Assembly (NCBI GenBank): GCA_964454105.1 | Contig: CAYVQH010000001.1 | Coordinates: forward strand, 6,410 to 70,409 | Direction of reading: 5' to 3' | Length of the DNA stretch: 64,000 nt | Source: an uncultured Halobacteriales archaeon | GTDB lineage: Archaea; Halobacteriota; Halobacteria; Halobacteriales; Halalkalicoccaceae | Shown here: piece after piece, positions 39,304 to 49,590 of the stretch | Position numbering within the stretch: the stretch's first letter is position 1 | Layout of the letters: each line of letters opens with the position of its first letter | Notes under the pieces: model-generated | Databases searched by the model: none | What the model was told of the DNA's origin: nothing | What the model saw: only the letters and a program-made list of their open reading frames with translations | Made by a program: the position numbers and the translations under genes

Positions 39304-40604
39304 AGGGGGTCGTCCTCGCGGGGACAAGTTCGGGCGTCGGCAAGACGGTCGCCACTCTTGCCGTTCTTCGCGCGCTCGATCGGGCGGGACACGCGGTCCA
39401 GCCCGCAAAGGCCGGACCCGATTTCATCGATCCGAGCCACCACCGCCGGGTCGCACAGCGACCCTCCCGAACGCTCGATTGCTGGCTGCAGGGCAAGGAG
39501 GGGCTCCGACGGAACTACCACCGTGGCGAAGGCGACGTCTGCGTGGTCGAGGGGGTAATGGGGTTGTACGACGGCGACTGCTCCAGTACGGCCATGGTTG
39601 CGGAGGCGCTCGACCTCCCCGTCGTGCTGGTCGTCGACGCGGCGGCAGGCATGGAGAGCGTCGCTGCGACCGCACTCGGGTTCCGGCGGTACGCCGAACA
39701 CGCCGGCCGGGAGATCGATGTCACGGGCATCATCGCTCAACGTGCCCACGGTGGGCGCCACGAGCGCGGCATCCGGGAGGCACTGCCCGCCGACATCGAG
39801 TACTTCGGTCGGATCTCCCCGGACGATCGCCTGGAGATCCCCGAACGCCACCTCGGTCTCCGAATGGGTGAGGAGGCGCCGATCGACGACGAGGCACTCG
39901 ATGCCGCAAGCGAACACATTCGAACTGATCGCCTCCTCGACGTCGCCCGTGTCCCACCTCGTCCGGAGGCGGACGTTCCCGTTCGGGAAGGGGACGCAGA
40001 CACGCGCGTCGCGGTCGCCCGGGATGCTGCGTTCTGTTTCTACTATCCGGCGACGATCGAGCGGTTCCGTGAGCGCGGCGAGGTCATTTCGTTCGATCCG
40101 GTGGCGGGCGACGACCTGCCGGGCTGTGATCTCGTCTACCTTCCCGGTGGCTACCCCGAACTCCACGCCGGAGCCCTCGCCGACGGTCCCGCACTGGGGT
40201 CGCTATCCCAACGGGCAGTCGACGGACTGCCCGTCCTCGGCGAGTGTGGGGGGCTGATGGCGCTCTCGGAGTCACTTACTACCGCCGGTGGCGAGACCCA
40301 TTCGATGGCCGGCGTGCTTCCCGCCGAGATACGGATGCACGAGCGGTATCAGGCGCTCGATCACGTTGAGTTGCGCGCCACGAACGGAACGCTCACTGCG
40401 GATACCGGCGGATCGCTTCGCGGCCACGAGTTCCACTATTCCAGTGCCCGAGTCGACGACGGGGCCAGATTCGCATTCGAGATGGAACGAGGGACGGGAA
40501 TCGACGGCGAACACGACGGATTGACAGAACATCGAACGCTCGGCACCTACTGTCACGTTCATCCCGAGAGTGGAGCGTACGATACGTTTCTCGAGGGATC
40601 GTAA
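39300..40604 (+). CDS. cbiA: Cobyrinate a,c-diamide synthase
   Basis: [47 protein letters not shown]. Confidence 0.95.
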   Translation: MKGVVLAGTSSGVGKTVATLAVLRALDRAGHAVQPAKAGPDFIDPSHHRRVAQRPSRTLDCWLQGKEGLRRNYHRGEGDVCVVEGVMGLYDGDCSSTAMVAEALDLPVVLVVDAAAGMESVAATALGFRRYAEHAGREIDVTGIIAQRAHGGRHERGIREALPADIEYFGRISPDDRLEIPERHLGLRMGEEAPIDDEALDAASEHIRTDRLLDVARVPPRPEADVPVREGDADTRVAVARDAAFCFYYPATIERFRERGEVISFDPVAGDDLPGCDLVYLPGGYPELHAGALADGPALGSLSQRAVDGLPVLGECGGLMALSESLTTAGGETHSMAGVLPAEIRMHERYQALDHVELRATNGTLTADTGGSLRGHEFHYSSARVDDGARFAFEMERGTGIDGEHDGLTEHRTLGTYCHVHPESGAYDTFLEGS

Positions 40605-40738
40605 CCATCGGAGTCGGTGAGTTGGATCGCGGGTTTTCGGATCCGTGATCCGATTGCCCGGATGCCATGACGGGGAACGGGAAACCATCCAACCATCGAA
40701 GGAAAAGCCGGTGATCAGCGGGATTCGGTCTTGAAAAT

Positions 40739-41237
40739 ACACCACCGTGCGAGTGTTCCAACCACGAATTCCTCCCGGTTTCCAAGAGAGATGGGGGAGC
40801 GATATAGAACACTCGCACGGTGGTGTTTGGAGCGTCGAGGTTGATGGGACACACCCACCACCCTGCAAGTGTTCCGATTGCGATGATCCGGGTGGCCCCT
40901 CGGAAACGGCAACGATCGTATATATAAATATAGCGAGGTCATTTGGAGATATAGGGATAGAAGCTCTGTAGAAGAGATATGGTTAGAGATATTTTCCTAT
41001 ACCCAAAGGCATATACTACTATACTAGAACTAGTAGTTCTAGAAGGGAAGGAAGGGTAGGGAAATCCCCTACTGTTTCCGAACTGTTCTTGTCTGATTTC
41101 GGTGTCCAGAGCGCAATCAGGTCGATTCCTCGTTCCGAACCCACCCCGGTCCCCTCGCTGCGACTGGAACACTTGCAGGGTGGTGGGTGTGTGGTTTATA
41201 AGACATCGCGACAGATGAAACACTCGCACGGTGGTAC
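40739..41237. other. Replication origin: five ORB-like elements around an AT-rich unwinding element
   Basis: GAACACTYGCASGGTGGT at 40739-40760(-), 40807-40826(+), 40849-40875(-), 41166-41192(+), 41217-41237(+); AT-rich 40918-41042; directly upstream of cdc6. Confidence 0.85.
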
Positions 41238-41252
41238 CAATCTTTATGGCCC

Positions 41253-42617
41253 ATGAGGGCAACCGTGAATCACCACACCGATCGAAGGATGGACCAAGAC
41301 GAGAACCCGTTTCGAAACGAGGACAAGATCTTCGCGTGGAAACAGCCCCTCAAGAAGGACTCCTATGAGCCCGACGAGATCATGCATCGGGACGAGGAGA
41401 TCAAACTCTACACGAACTCCCTACAGGACATCGTCGAGGGCCATGAACCGAACAACGTCTTCGTCTACGGACCGACGGGCGTCGGCAAGACTGCGGTGAC
41501 GAAATGGATGCGCGAACAGCTCCAAGCGGAGGCACGAAAACGATCGGTCCCGCTTCACGTCGTCGGACCGATCAACTGCCGCCACTACAAGACCGCCTAT
41601 CGGCTCGTGACGACGATCGTCAACGAACTCCGGCCGGTCGACGATCAGGTCGCCGAGAGCGGTCACAGCACCGACCGGGTCTTCAACTTCCTCTACGAGG
41701 AGATCGAGTCCCTCGGCGGGAACGTCCTCCTCATTCTCGACGAGATCGACAACATCCCGCCGGACGCCCGCAACGATTTCCTGTATGATCTTCCCCGGGC
41801 CGAGGCCAACGAGGATACCCCGATCGACGAGGCGAAGGTCGGGCTCATCGGGATCTCTAACAACCTGAAGTTCGTCGACGCCCTCGAACCCAAGGTGAAG
41901 TCCACGCTCGGCGAACGGGAGATCGAGTTCGGTCCCTACAACGCAAGCCAGCTCGGGGACATCCTCTCGTACTACGCGAACCTCGCGTTCAAGGAGGACG
42001 TACTCGACGACGACGTGGTTCCGCTCGCCGCCGCCTTCGCGGCCCAGGAGCGTGGCGACGTTCGACAGGGACTCCGCATCCTCGAGAAGGCCGGCGAGTA
42101 CGCGCGGATGGACGGGTCTGCCGTCGTCAACGAGGATCACGTCCGGAGGGCGACCGAGAACATCGAGACCGACGAGATCCTCGATTACTTCGAGGACAAG
42201 CTCTCGATCCAGCAGGGGCTGGCGTACATCTCGACGACGCTGATGGTGATCGAGCCCCAAAAGGAGGCCCGAACGAAGTACATCTACAACCTCTATACGA
42301 AACTCGCGGCATCGATCGATGCCGATCAGGTCTCCGAACGGAAGTTCTACGAGTTCCTCGACCAGCTCTGCATGCTCGGACTCGCCCGCTCGACCGAGCG
42401 CAACCTCGGGCGCAAGGGCGGTCGGACCTACATCTACGAGGTGACCGACAGTCCCGAGGACATCATCAGCGCCTGCGAACAGGACCCACGCCTCGGCGAC
42501 GTCCTCCCGAGCAACGTCTACGAGATCCTCGAACACTACCAGAAGGGGCAGGCGACCTCTTATCAGGCACCTGATGAAATGGACGCAAAGCAGCGTGACC
42601 TCTTCAAGTTCGCTTGA
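41253..42617 (+). CDS. cdc6: Orc1/Cdc6 replication initiator (alternative start 41289)
   Basis: YEPDEIMHRDEE, Walker A GPTGVGKT, Walker B ILDEID, IGISN, FGPY, GDVR, C-terminal winged helix. Confidence 0.96.
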   Translation: MRATVNHHTDRRMDQDENPFRNEDKIFAWKQPLKKDSYEPDEIMHRDEEIKLYTNSLQDIVEGHEPNNVFVYGPTGVGKTAVTKWMREQLQAEARKRSVPLHVVGPINCRHYKTAYRLVTTIVNELRPVDDQVAESGHSTDRVFNFLYEEIESLGGNVLLILDEIDNIPPDARNDFLYDLPRAEANEDTPIDEAKVGLIGISNNLKFVDALEPKVKSTLGEREIEFGPYNASQLGDILSYYANLAFKEDVLDDDVVPLAAAFAAQERGDVRQGLRILEKAGEYARMDGSAVVNEDHVRRATENIETDEILDYFEDKLSIQQGLAYISTTLMVIEPQKEARTKYIYNLYTKLAASIDADQVSERKFYEFLDQLCMLGLARSTERNLGRKGGRTYIYEVTDSPEDIISACEQDPRLGDVLPSNVYEILEHYQKGQATSYQAPDEMDAKQRDLFKFA

Positions 42618-42631
42618 GGGCCTGCAACGAA

Positions 42632-42763
42632 GAACACTTGCACGGTGGTGTCGGTACGGCAACACACCAGTCGTGTCATCCCGGACCGGGATAGAGCGGG
42701 GAACGAGAACACTTGAAGACCGGTGTATATCCATCGACCGACAACACTTGCACGGTGGTGTCG
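42632..42763 (+). repeat. Three further ORB-like direct repeats downstream of cdc6
   Basis: gaacacttgcacggtggtgtcg (42632), gaacacttgaagaccggtgt (42707), aacacttgcacggtggtgtcg (42743). Confidence 0.8.
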
Positions 42764-42844
42764 CATGACGTCGTTCCGGTTGGCAGTCGTATCGGTAGGT
42801 CCCTCTTTCGGGACAGCCACCGTTCGTTTCTCCCTCCGTTGATC

Positions 42845-44467
42845 CTATCCCGATCCGGACGGTACCGACGCTCGGTCTCCTGACGCGCTGGACTGAACCG
42901 TCCGGTTCTCGCGGTTCCCCTCGTCGGATTCCTCGATGACGTATCGCTGGCCGGCCATCGGATCGAGGAGGCTGTCGACGGGTGCGTGGTCGTCACGGAG
43001 CACCGGGACGTCGTCGGTCTTCGGTGGCGGTCGGTAGGTCCCGGCTTCCTCGCCCAGGTCGATCCCGATCTCGCGGCGCTCGTTTCGCTCCCGTAGCTCC
43101 GACTGTGTGAGGCGGGTCTCGTTTTTGGTCGCGATCACCTCGATGTTCTGAACCGCCCCGGCCTGGGAGGTTGGGAAGCCGTAGACCTGCGGGAAGACCT
43201 GGTTCATCGTCCTGTACTCCGCACGGTAGAACTGGGAAGCGGGGCCGCCCGGTGCGGAGATGAGGTTCGCGAGGAGGATCCCGTCTTCCGAGAGGCGACC
43301 GTCTGCGAGACGCATGAACTCCTCGGTCGTCAACTGGAACGGGACCTTGTCCTTCTTATAGGCATCAAGTACGATGAGGTCGTAGGTGTGGTCGGTCTCC
43401 CGCAGGTACTGGCGGCCATCGGCGTTGTGAATGGTCAACTGGTCGGATTCCTCGACCCCGAAGTACTGTTTGCCCGCGTCGATCACCTCGGGGTCGATCT
43501 CCACGACGTCGACGGTCGCGTCGTACTCTCGGGCGAAATGCTTCGGACCGGTGAACCCGCCGCCGCCGATGAACAACACGCGGTCGATGTCGTCGGGATC
43601 GTCGGCCATCAGGTACGGGAGATGGAAATAGCGCGTGTACTCGAAGACGTGTCGGTCGGGGTCCTCGCGATCCATTGCACTGTGGCGTTGGCCGTCGAGA
43701 TAGAGCGTCCGCGTGTCCCCGAGATCGACGACCCGCAACTCCTGATACGGCGTCTGGGTCTGGTACACCACCCGGCCTTCGGCGCTGATCCCCGCCGAAC
43801 CGCTGGCGACGGCCGCAACCAGCAACAGGGCGATCCCGGCCATGGCGACCACCGAGTCCCGGGACGGCGAGGGCAGTGAGATCACGAGCGACGTTCCCAC
43901 GAGCAGGAGGCCGAAGACCAGCCCGATCAGTTCGATGCTCAGCGAGGGGATGAGGAAGTAGGTCGTCGCGAAGGCACCGATGATGCTCCCGACCGTGCCG
44001 ACGGCGTACACGTGACCCGACGCCTCTCCGAGCCCCTCCTTCGTCGAGAGCTGGGCCGCGTAGGGGCTGATGAATCCCAGTAGGTACGTTGGCGGCCCGA
44101 ACAACAGCGTGACCGCCGGCAGCGACGCAAAGCGGCTCGGAAGCGGAACGGCGGTCGTCGACCGCAATAGCAGATCCCCCACGAAGACCAGCATCGCCAC
44201 ATACACGGCCGTTCCGAGCAGCAGTCGGACCATCCGCCGATTCGAGGCGCGCGTGGCGGCGCGATTGCCCCCTCGATGGTAGCCTACGCTCAGTGCGGCG
44301 AGAAAGACGCCGATGATCGTGCCCCACGTGTAGATGCTGCTGCCGAACTGCGGGGCGATCATCCGACCCGCGAGGATTTCCAGGCCCATGCTGGCGACGC
44401 CCGAGACGAACACCGCTGTTTCCGGTTTCGTCGGTCGACGCCATTGTCGGGTATCACTCGCCGCCAT
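42845..44467 (-). CDS. Fused membrane / spermidine-synthase-like SAM-binding protein
   Basis: About 7 N-terminal TMs (MGLEILAGR, GSSIYTW), TPYQ, IGGGG, VEIDP, DGRQYL, DAY. Confidence 0.88.
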   Translation of the reverse strand: MAASDTRQWRRPTKPETAVFVSGVASMGLEILAGRMIAPQFGSSIYTWGTIIGVFLAALSVGYHRGGNRAATRASNRRMVRLLLGTAVYVAMLVFVGDLLLRSTTAVPLPSRFASLPAVTLLFGPPTYLLGFISPYAAQLSTKEGLGEASGHVYAVGTVGSIIGAFATTYFLIPSLSIELIGLVFGLLLVGTSLVISLPSPSRDSVVAMAGIALLLVAAVASGSAGISAEGRVVYQTQTPYQELRVVDLGDTRTLYLDGQRHSAMDREDPDRHVFEYTRYFHLPYLMADDPDDIDRVLFIGGGGFTGPKHFAREYDATVDVVEIDPEVIDAGKQYFGVEESDQLTIHNADGRQYLRETDHTYDLIVLDAYKKDKVPFQLTTEEFMRLADGRLSEDGILLANLISAPGGPASQFYRAEYRTMNQVFPQVYGFPTSQAGAVQNIEVIATKNETRLTQSELRERNERREIGIDLGEEAGTYRPPPKTDDVPVLRDDHAPVDSLLDPMAGQRYVIEESDEGNRENRTVQSSASGDRASVPSGSG

Positions 44468-44587
44468 CCGTGGGAGAATGCGGGGACATGGTCTTAAACG
44501 TTACATCGCCCTACGGCGACTCTCGTATCGAAACGCCGATCCTACCCCTCCTCTTCCATCCGCTTCGATCCGGGGTGCGTACGGTGG

Positions 44588-46246
44588 CTACGACTGTGCG
44601 GTTTCCCGTTCGAACTCCTGGATCATCTCGTCGGTTCCCGCCAGCAGGACAGTATCTCCCGTCTCGATGTGGGCCGTCTCCTCGGTCTGGCAGGTTCCGT
44701 TCCGTTCGATCCCGATGACCACCAACCCGGTTTCTGACCCCTGGTTGGCCCCGGCGATCGACTGGCCCGCGAATCGCCCCGCGTCGGTCCGGATGAGTCG
44801 GATCTGGCTCACGGGAGAGATGACGTCCTCCCCGTAGACCTCGCGGGCGAGCAGCCGCGCAGTGGCCCGCTGGATCGACAGGACGTAGTCGGCGCCGGCG
44901 CTGAAGGCGGTCCGCACCTTGTCGTCGTCAGTCACCCGGGCGAGGATTTCTATGTCGTCAGTGATCGACCGGGCGACCGCGATCGTCAACAGGGCGGTCG
45001 CGTCGTCGTCGACGGTGACGACCAGTGCTGTCGCGTCGGCGATTCCGGCCTCGGTCAGCGTCTCGGGATCGCCGACGTCGCCGACGACGTCGACCCCCTC
45101 GTGATCGTCGACGTCGATCGTCGTCGTCGAAACGTCGTCCGGTAGCGCGTCGGTGACGGCCCGTCCACCCTCGCCCGTACCGGCGACGACGACGTTCGAG
45201 TGTTCGCGCGTCGAACGCATCCCCGAGACTTCCTCGCGGACGTCGTCGATCGCGTCCTTGGGACCGGCCACGATCAACACCGTGTTGCGCCTGAGCTGAT
45301 CGGTCGGGCTCGGCGGGAGCCGGAGGTCGCCGTCGAACCAGCCGGCCACCAGCGTCAGGCTTGGATGATCGAAAAAGGGGCTCTCGCGAACCTCGGTTCC
45401 GTGGAGCGGGCTGCCGCGACGGACGAGGAGCTCCCTGATTTCGACGTCCCCCCCGATCGACGTTCCCTCGGGGATCGTCACCGACGTCGTCGCCTTGTGT
45501 GCGAGCCGCTGACCGATGAGGACGTGTGGGGAGACGACGGTGTCGACGCCGATCCGTTCGAGCGCCCGGTTCTGTTTCATCGATTCCGTGAGGCTCACCA
45601 CGCGGAGGTCCTCGTTCAGATCTAGCGCCGACAGTACGATGCTGGCGTTGCGGTCTCCCGCGTCGGTCACCAGAAGACTCGCGTCGGTAATGGAAACCCG
45701 CTCGAGGGTGTCGACAGTCTCGGGGTCGCCGTTGATCACTTGGTAGCCGGCGTCCGAGAGCCGCTTTGCTTCGTCCTGATCGGAGTCGATGAGAGCATAG
45801 CCAATCCCCAGCCGTTCGAGTTCCTCGAGCAGGACGTCGCTGTCACGGCGATACTCCCCGATCACGACGTGCTCGTTCTTGGGCCTCAGACGGTCATCGA
45901 GGTCCAGCGACGTCCGCTCGAAGAGGGGAATGACGAGCACGCGGAGGGTGAAGAACCCGATCGCGATTCCCGACAGTTGCATCAGGACGACGAGCCCGTT
46001 CATCCAGGGCGTCGTCCACGGGGAATCCGCGCCGTAACCGGTCGTCGTCATCGTTTCGACGACGGTCTGGAACGACCGGAACAGCGTGTGTTGATCACCT
46101 TCGAGCGTACGCATCCCCGTGTTGTAGACGACGGTGTAGAACAGAATGATCGAAACGAGGCCGATGACGTACAACAGGAGAAGTCGCTGGCGACGGGATA
46201 GATCATCGATCGACCGGACGTCCTTGAACTCCTTGAGAGATCTCAT
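44588..46246 (-). CDS. Potassium channel protein with TrkA-N/C (RCK) domains
   Basis: TM-pore-TM with TTTGYG filter followed by two RCK pairs; start moved to ATG 46246. Confidence 0.9.
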   Translation of the reverse strand: MRSLKEFKDVRSIDDLSRRQRLLLLYVIGLVSIILFYTVVYNTGMRTLEGDQHTLFRSFQTVVETMTTTGYGADSPWTTPWMNGLVVLMQLSGIAIGFFTLRVLVIPLFERTSLDLDDRLRPKNEHVVIGEYRRDSDVLLEELERLGIGYALIDSDQDEAKRLSDAGYQVINGDPETVDTLERVSITDASLLVTDAGDRNASIVLSALDLNEDLRVVSLTESMKQNRALERIGVDTVVSPHVLIGQRLAHKATTSVTIPEGTSIGGDVEIRELLVRRGSPLHGTEVRESPFFDHPSLTLVAGWFDGDLRLPPSPTDQLRRNTVLIVAGPKDAIDDVREEVSGMRSTREHSNVVVAGTGEGGRAVTDALPDDVSTTTIDVDDHEGVDVVGDVGDPETLTEAGIADATALVVTVDDDATALLTIAVARSITDDIEILARVTDDDKVRTAFSAGADYVLSIQRATARLLAREVYGEDVISPVSQIRLIRTDAGRFAGQSIAGANQGSETGLVVIGIERNGTCQTEETAHIETGDTVLLAGTDEMIQEFERETAQS

Positions 46247-46485
46247 GTCTATAGCACCGTGTTCCCGCGAGGGTAGACAATCCGGAGCCAAAAGGACGCT
46301 GCATGAGACCCGCCGTCGACCCCCGCATAGCGGACTTTCGGGTTCTTGTACACCGCCATATCGCATGGATCGTTCGGCTTGATGGTCCTTCCACTCGGTC
46401 GGACCTCCCTTCTGCCGGCCGGATGGTATCACATCGCGAGCCTGGGCGTCATCGCCCACTTCGATGCTCGCTCCGGTTTCGGTTC

Positions 46486-47583
46486 TCAGTTGTGTTTCTC
46501 CTCGAAGAACTGAGCGTCGGTCTCCGAGTCCGAATACGCCACGCCCTTCATGCGGCTGATGTCCTGATAGAGCGTCTCGAGTTGTTCCAAGGTTCGATGA
46601 ACGGAGTATCGTTCGATGGCCGCTCGGGTGTCCCGGTCGGTCTGCAGGCACGTCTCGATCGCCGTTACCATCGATCCAAGGTCGCCATACTCGAAACGCT
46701 CGCCGTTTGCGGGACCAATCGTCCTATCGAACGGCGGGACATCTGCGGCCGCAACTGGGGTACAACAGGCGTTCGCTTCGAGCGTCGACAGCCCCAGCGT
46801 ATCGGCGGTCGACGCGGTGAGGAACACGTCGATCGAGGAGTAAAAGGTCGGTAGCTCCGTCCGCGGGAGGAAATCACGGAAGACCACGTTATCGGGAGCG
46901 TGAGCCTCGAGTCGTTTTCGGAAGGGGCCCTCCCCGACGATGACGAACTCGTAATCGGACAGTTTTTCGGCGGCACGTAGGATCTCTTCGACGTTCTTCT
47001 CAATGCTGACTCGGCCGCTGTATCCGATCACCGTCCGATCCGGATACCAGTCCTCCTCGGTGGGCTCGAAAAAGTCCATGTCGATACCGACCGGAAGCTT
47101 GACGTGATCGACCGTCCTGTCGATCCGGTCGGTCGACGCCGTCACGACATCGAAGCTCTCCAGAAATGCGTTCTCCCAGGGGAGATACGCCTTCGCGAGA
47201 AGGGACGCCACCCTCTCGCTTCTGACGCTCTGATGAAAGTACTCCTCAAGCGGCGTGTGGTGTGTGTAGATCGCCGGAAGATCGTGTTTCCACGCGTAGT
47301 ATCGTCCGAGGATGCCGACCGGTGCCGGGCCATGACAATGCACGATATCCAGGTCGGGCAGCGTCGAGGGACGTTTGAACAACGGGATCCGGTAGCCGCC
47401 ATAGAACGGGTTCGGGAGCGACCTGACGGGGATCTCTCGGTCGTTCGGTTCGTACTCCCCATCGGGATAGATGACGTAGACCTCGTGGCCTGCCCGTTCG
47501 AGCTCCTCCCGCCAGAGCTTGATCGTGTACGTCACCCCGTCGATCTCGGGGAAGTAGCTGTCGGTGAAAAACCCGATCTTCAT
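46486..47583 (-). CDS. GT4 glycosyltransferase, monoglucosyl-lipid synthase (MGS/LafA)-like
   Basis: MKIGFFTDSYFPEIDGV, YTHHT, GRVSIEKN, DTLGLSTLEA. Confidence 0.9.
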   Translation of the reverse strand: MKIGFFTDSYFPEIDGVTYTIKLWREELERAGHEVYVIYPDGEYEPNDREIPVRSLPNPFYGGYRIPLFKRPSTLPDLDIVHCHGPAPVGILGRYYAWKHDLPAIYTHHTPLEEYFHQSVRSERVASLLAKAYLPWENAFLESFDVVTASTDRIDRTVDHVKLPVGIDMDFFEPTEEDWYPDRTVIGYSGRVSIEKNVEEILRAAEKLSDYEFVIVGEGPFRKRLEAHAPDNVVFRDFLPRTELPTFYSSIDVFLTASTADTLGLSTLEANACCTPVAAADVPPFDRTIGPANGERFEYGDLGSMVTAIETCLQTDRDTRAAIERYSVHRTLEQLETLYQDISRMKGVAYSDSETDAQFFEEKHN

Positions 47584-48554
47584 GCGAGCACCCCCTCGTA
47601 CAACGACTGGTACCGATCGGCGGTCTTCGAGAGTGAGAACTCCTCGCTCCGCCGGGCCGCGTTCTCTCCCAGTCGCTCCCGCAACTCGGGCCGTTGCAGG
47701 CGCGCGAGCACCTCGTCGAACGATCCCGTCGCCTTCAGACACTCGTGGCCCTCCTCCAGCCACGAGAAGGTCTCTATGTCTCGGACCACGATCGGCTTGC
47801 CGGTGCTCATCGCCTCCAGCAGCGCGATCCCCTCGTTCTCCTCGTGGGTCGGGAAGAAGAAGACGTCGCCCGCCGCGTACGCGCCTCTGATGTCGTCGAT
47901 ATAGCCGGTGAACGTGCAGTTCTCCGGCGATTCCCTGATCAGTTTCTTCGTCGTTCGTCCCTTCAATGAGAGGTCAAGCGGCCCGAACCAGGCGAAGTCG
48001 AACTCCGGCAGCCGACGGGCCGTCTCGACGAACGTCCGCAGTCCTTTTCGCCGCACGACGTGGCCGACGAGGAAGACGACCGGGGGCGTCAGGTCGTAGC
48101 GTCGGAGATACTCCGTGCGCAATCCCTCGAACCCGTCGAGTTTCCGTTTGTCGACGCCGTTCGTGATGACCGTCGTCTCCGTTTCAGTATACGTCTCGAT
48201 GAGCCGTCGGTTGTACTCCGAGGGACAGACGAGCACGTCGCCGAGTTCGTATGCCGCCTCGAGGTAGGGCCGAAGCGGCTTCGCGAGCGCGTTCGTGAAC
48301 CGGAAGCTGTCCCCGAAGTCCTCGGCAGTCACGTGGGTGTGGATCACGACCGGCAGTCCGCGGTGTCTGGCCCGCATCGCGTAGTAGATCGATCGGGGTC
48401 CCATGAGGTTGAGATGGAGGACGTCCGCGTCGAGACGCGGGGTTTCGGCGTAGGACACGCCGATCTCGTCCAGCATTCGGCGCTGGTTCTTCACCGATTC
48501 CCGAATCCCGCCCGTGACCACCTCCTCGAACTCAAAGTAGTGACTGACCTTCAT
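47580..48554 (-). CDS. GT4 glycosyltransferase, alpha-1,2 diglycosyl-lipid synthase (DGS)-like
   Basis: MKVSHYFE..GGI, HTHVTAEDFGDSF, RKG, FPTHEENEGIALLEA, VRDI. Confidence 0.9.
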   Translation of the reverse strand: MKVSHYFEFEEVVTGGIRESVKNQRRMLDEIGVSYAETPRLDADVLHLNLMGPRSIYYAMRARHRGLPVVIHTHVTAEDFGDSFRFTNALAKPLRPYLEAAYELGDVLVCPSEYNRRLIETYTETETTVITNGVDKRKLDGFEGLRTEYLRRYDLTPPVVFLVGHVVRRKGLRTFVETARRLPEFDFAWFGPLDLSLKGRTTKKLIRESPENCTFTGYIDDIRGAYAAGDVFFFPTHEENEGIALLEAMSTGKPIVVRDIETFSWLEEGHECLKATGSFDEVLARLQRPELRERLGENAARRSEEFSLSKTADRYQSLYEGVLA

Positions 48555-48650
48555 ACGGGCTCATGTGTGATGGGTTTCGGAATCATGACTTCAATGCTTC
48601 GTTACGCAGGTCAAACGCCGTTGTCCTCGTCGCTCACGCCGGCAGTCGTC

Positions 48651-49520
48651 TCAGTCGATTTCGAGCCAGGGGACCTCCATGAGGGCCGGAATCGGGGTCT
48701 CGATGTGGTGTTCCCAGACTCCCTCCTCGCCGAACGCCTCGCCGTGGTCGGCCGTGACGACGACGGTTCCGTCGAGGTCGTCGATCAGGGTTGCTACCTC
48801 CTCGAGGACGATGTCGAGGTTCTCCTCGTAATACGCCATCGCCGTCTCCCGGGTGCCGTTTCGCCAGAGGTTGGTCGGATCGAGTTCGAGCCAGAGCCCC
48901 GCCTTCATGGCGAGTTCGCTCCCTTCGAGCGTCTTTTCGATCCGGGGACGGACCGAGTCGCCGATCGATGAGAGCACTCCACCGTCCGCCGCGCTCTCCT
49001 CGGCGTCTCCCTGACGGTTGATCCCCTTGCGGATCTGTTTGAGCTTCTGACCGTTGCCGCGCGTGAGATAGGGCGCGTGTGGCTGCATGTAATGGAGAAC
49101 CGTTCGATCGGCCCGATCGACGACGTCGCGGTGTTCGCGCATCGACGTCCCGAGCGCCTCGGGGGGGATCGTCCCCAAGTCGTCGTCCCAGCCGTGTTTC
49201 CAGACGTCGATCACGTCGCTGATGTGGTCGCTCGCGCTCCATTCGTAATCACAGCTCGCGCCCCACTTCAGCTCGTTCAGCGGGATCCCGAGGTCGTTGA
49301 TGAAGGGGTTCCCCGAGAAGTACGCGATGTCGTGTTCCCCGGTGAACGTTCGGTACGCCCATTCGGGGGTCGAGGAACCCGTACTCCAGCGCTTTTCGAG
49401 GGTGCCATCGAGATACTCGTCGTATCGGTCGCTGAAGACGTCATACCGGCACGCGTCCAACACCACACAGTAATCCCACTCGGACTCGAGAAAACGCTGG
49501 TCCTGCATCGGTTGGTTCAT
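48651..49520 (-). CDS. Alkaline-phosphatase/sulfatase superfamily protein
   Basis: LDACRYD, GSSTPEW, HYMQPHAPY, TADHGE, EHH, VPW. Confidence 0.85.
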   Translation of the reverse strand: MNQPMQDQRFLESEWDYCVVLDACRYDVFSDRYDEYLDGTLEKRWSTGSSTPEWAYRTFTGEHDIAYFSGNPFINDLGIPLNELKWGASCDYEWSASDHISDVIDVWKHGWDDDLGTIPPEALGTSMREHRDVVDRADRTVLHYMQPHAPYLTRGNGQKLKQIRKGINRQGDAEESAADGGVLSSIGDSVRPRIEKTLEGSELAMKAGLWLELDPTNLWRNGTRETAMAYYEENLDIVLEEVATLIDDLDGTVVVTADHGEAFGEEGVWEHHIETPIPALMEVPWLEID

Positions 49521-49590
49521 TCGTTCGCTCTCCAGTAGAAATACGTGTTTCCATCGGCGCCGACCGGCTCGCCGTCCGTGATACGACGGA

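Noticed and set aside
40739-42763. Repeats as a possible CRISPR array
   Set aside because: Mixed orientation, irregular spacing, no cas genes and adjacency to cdc6 fit ORBs better
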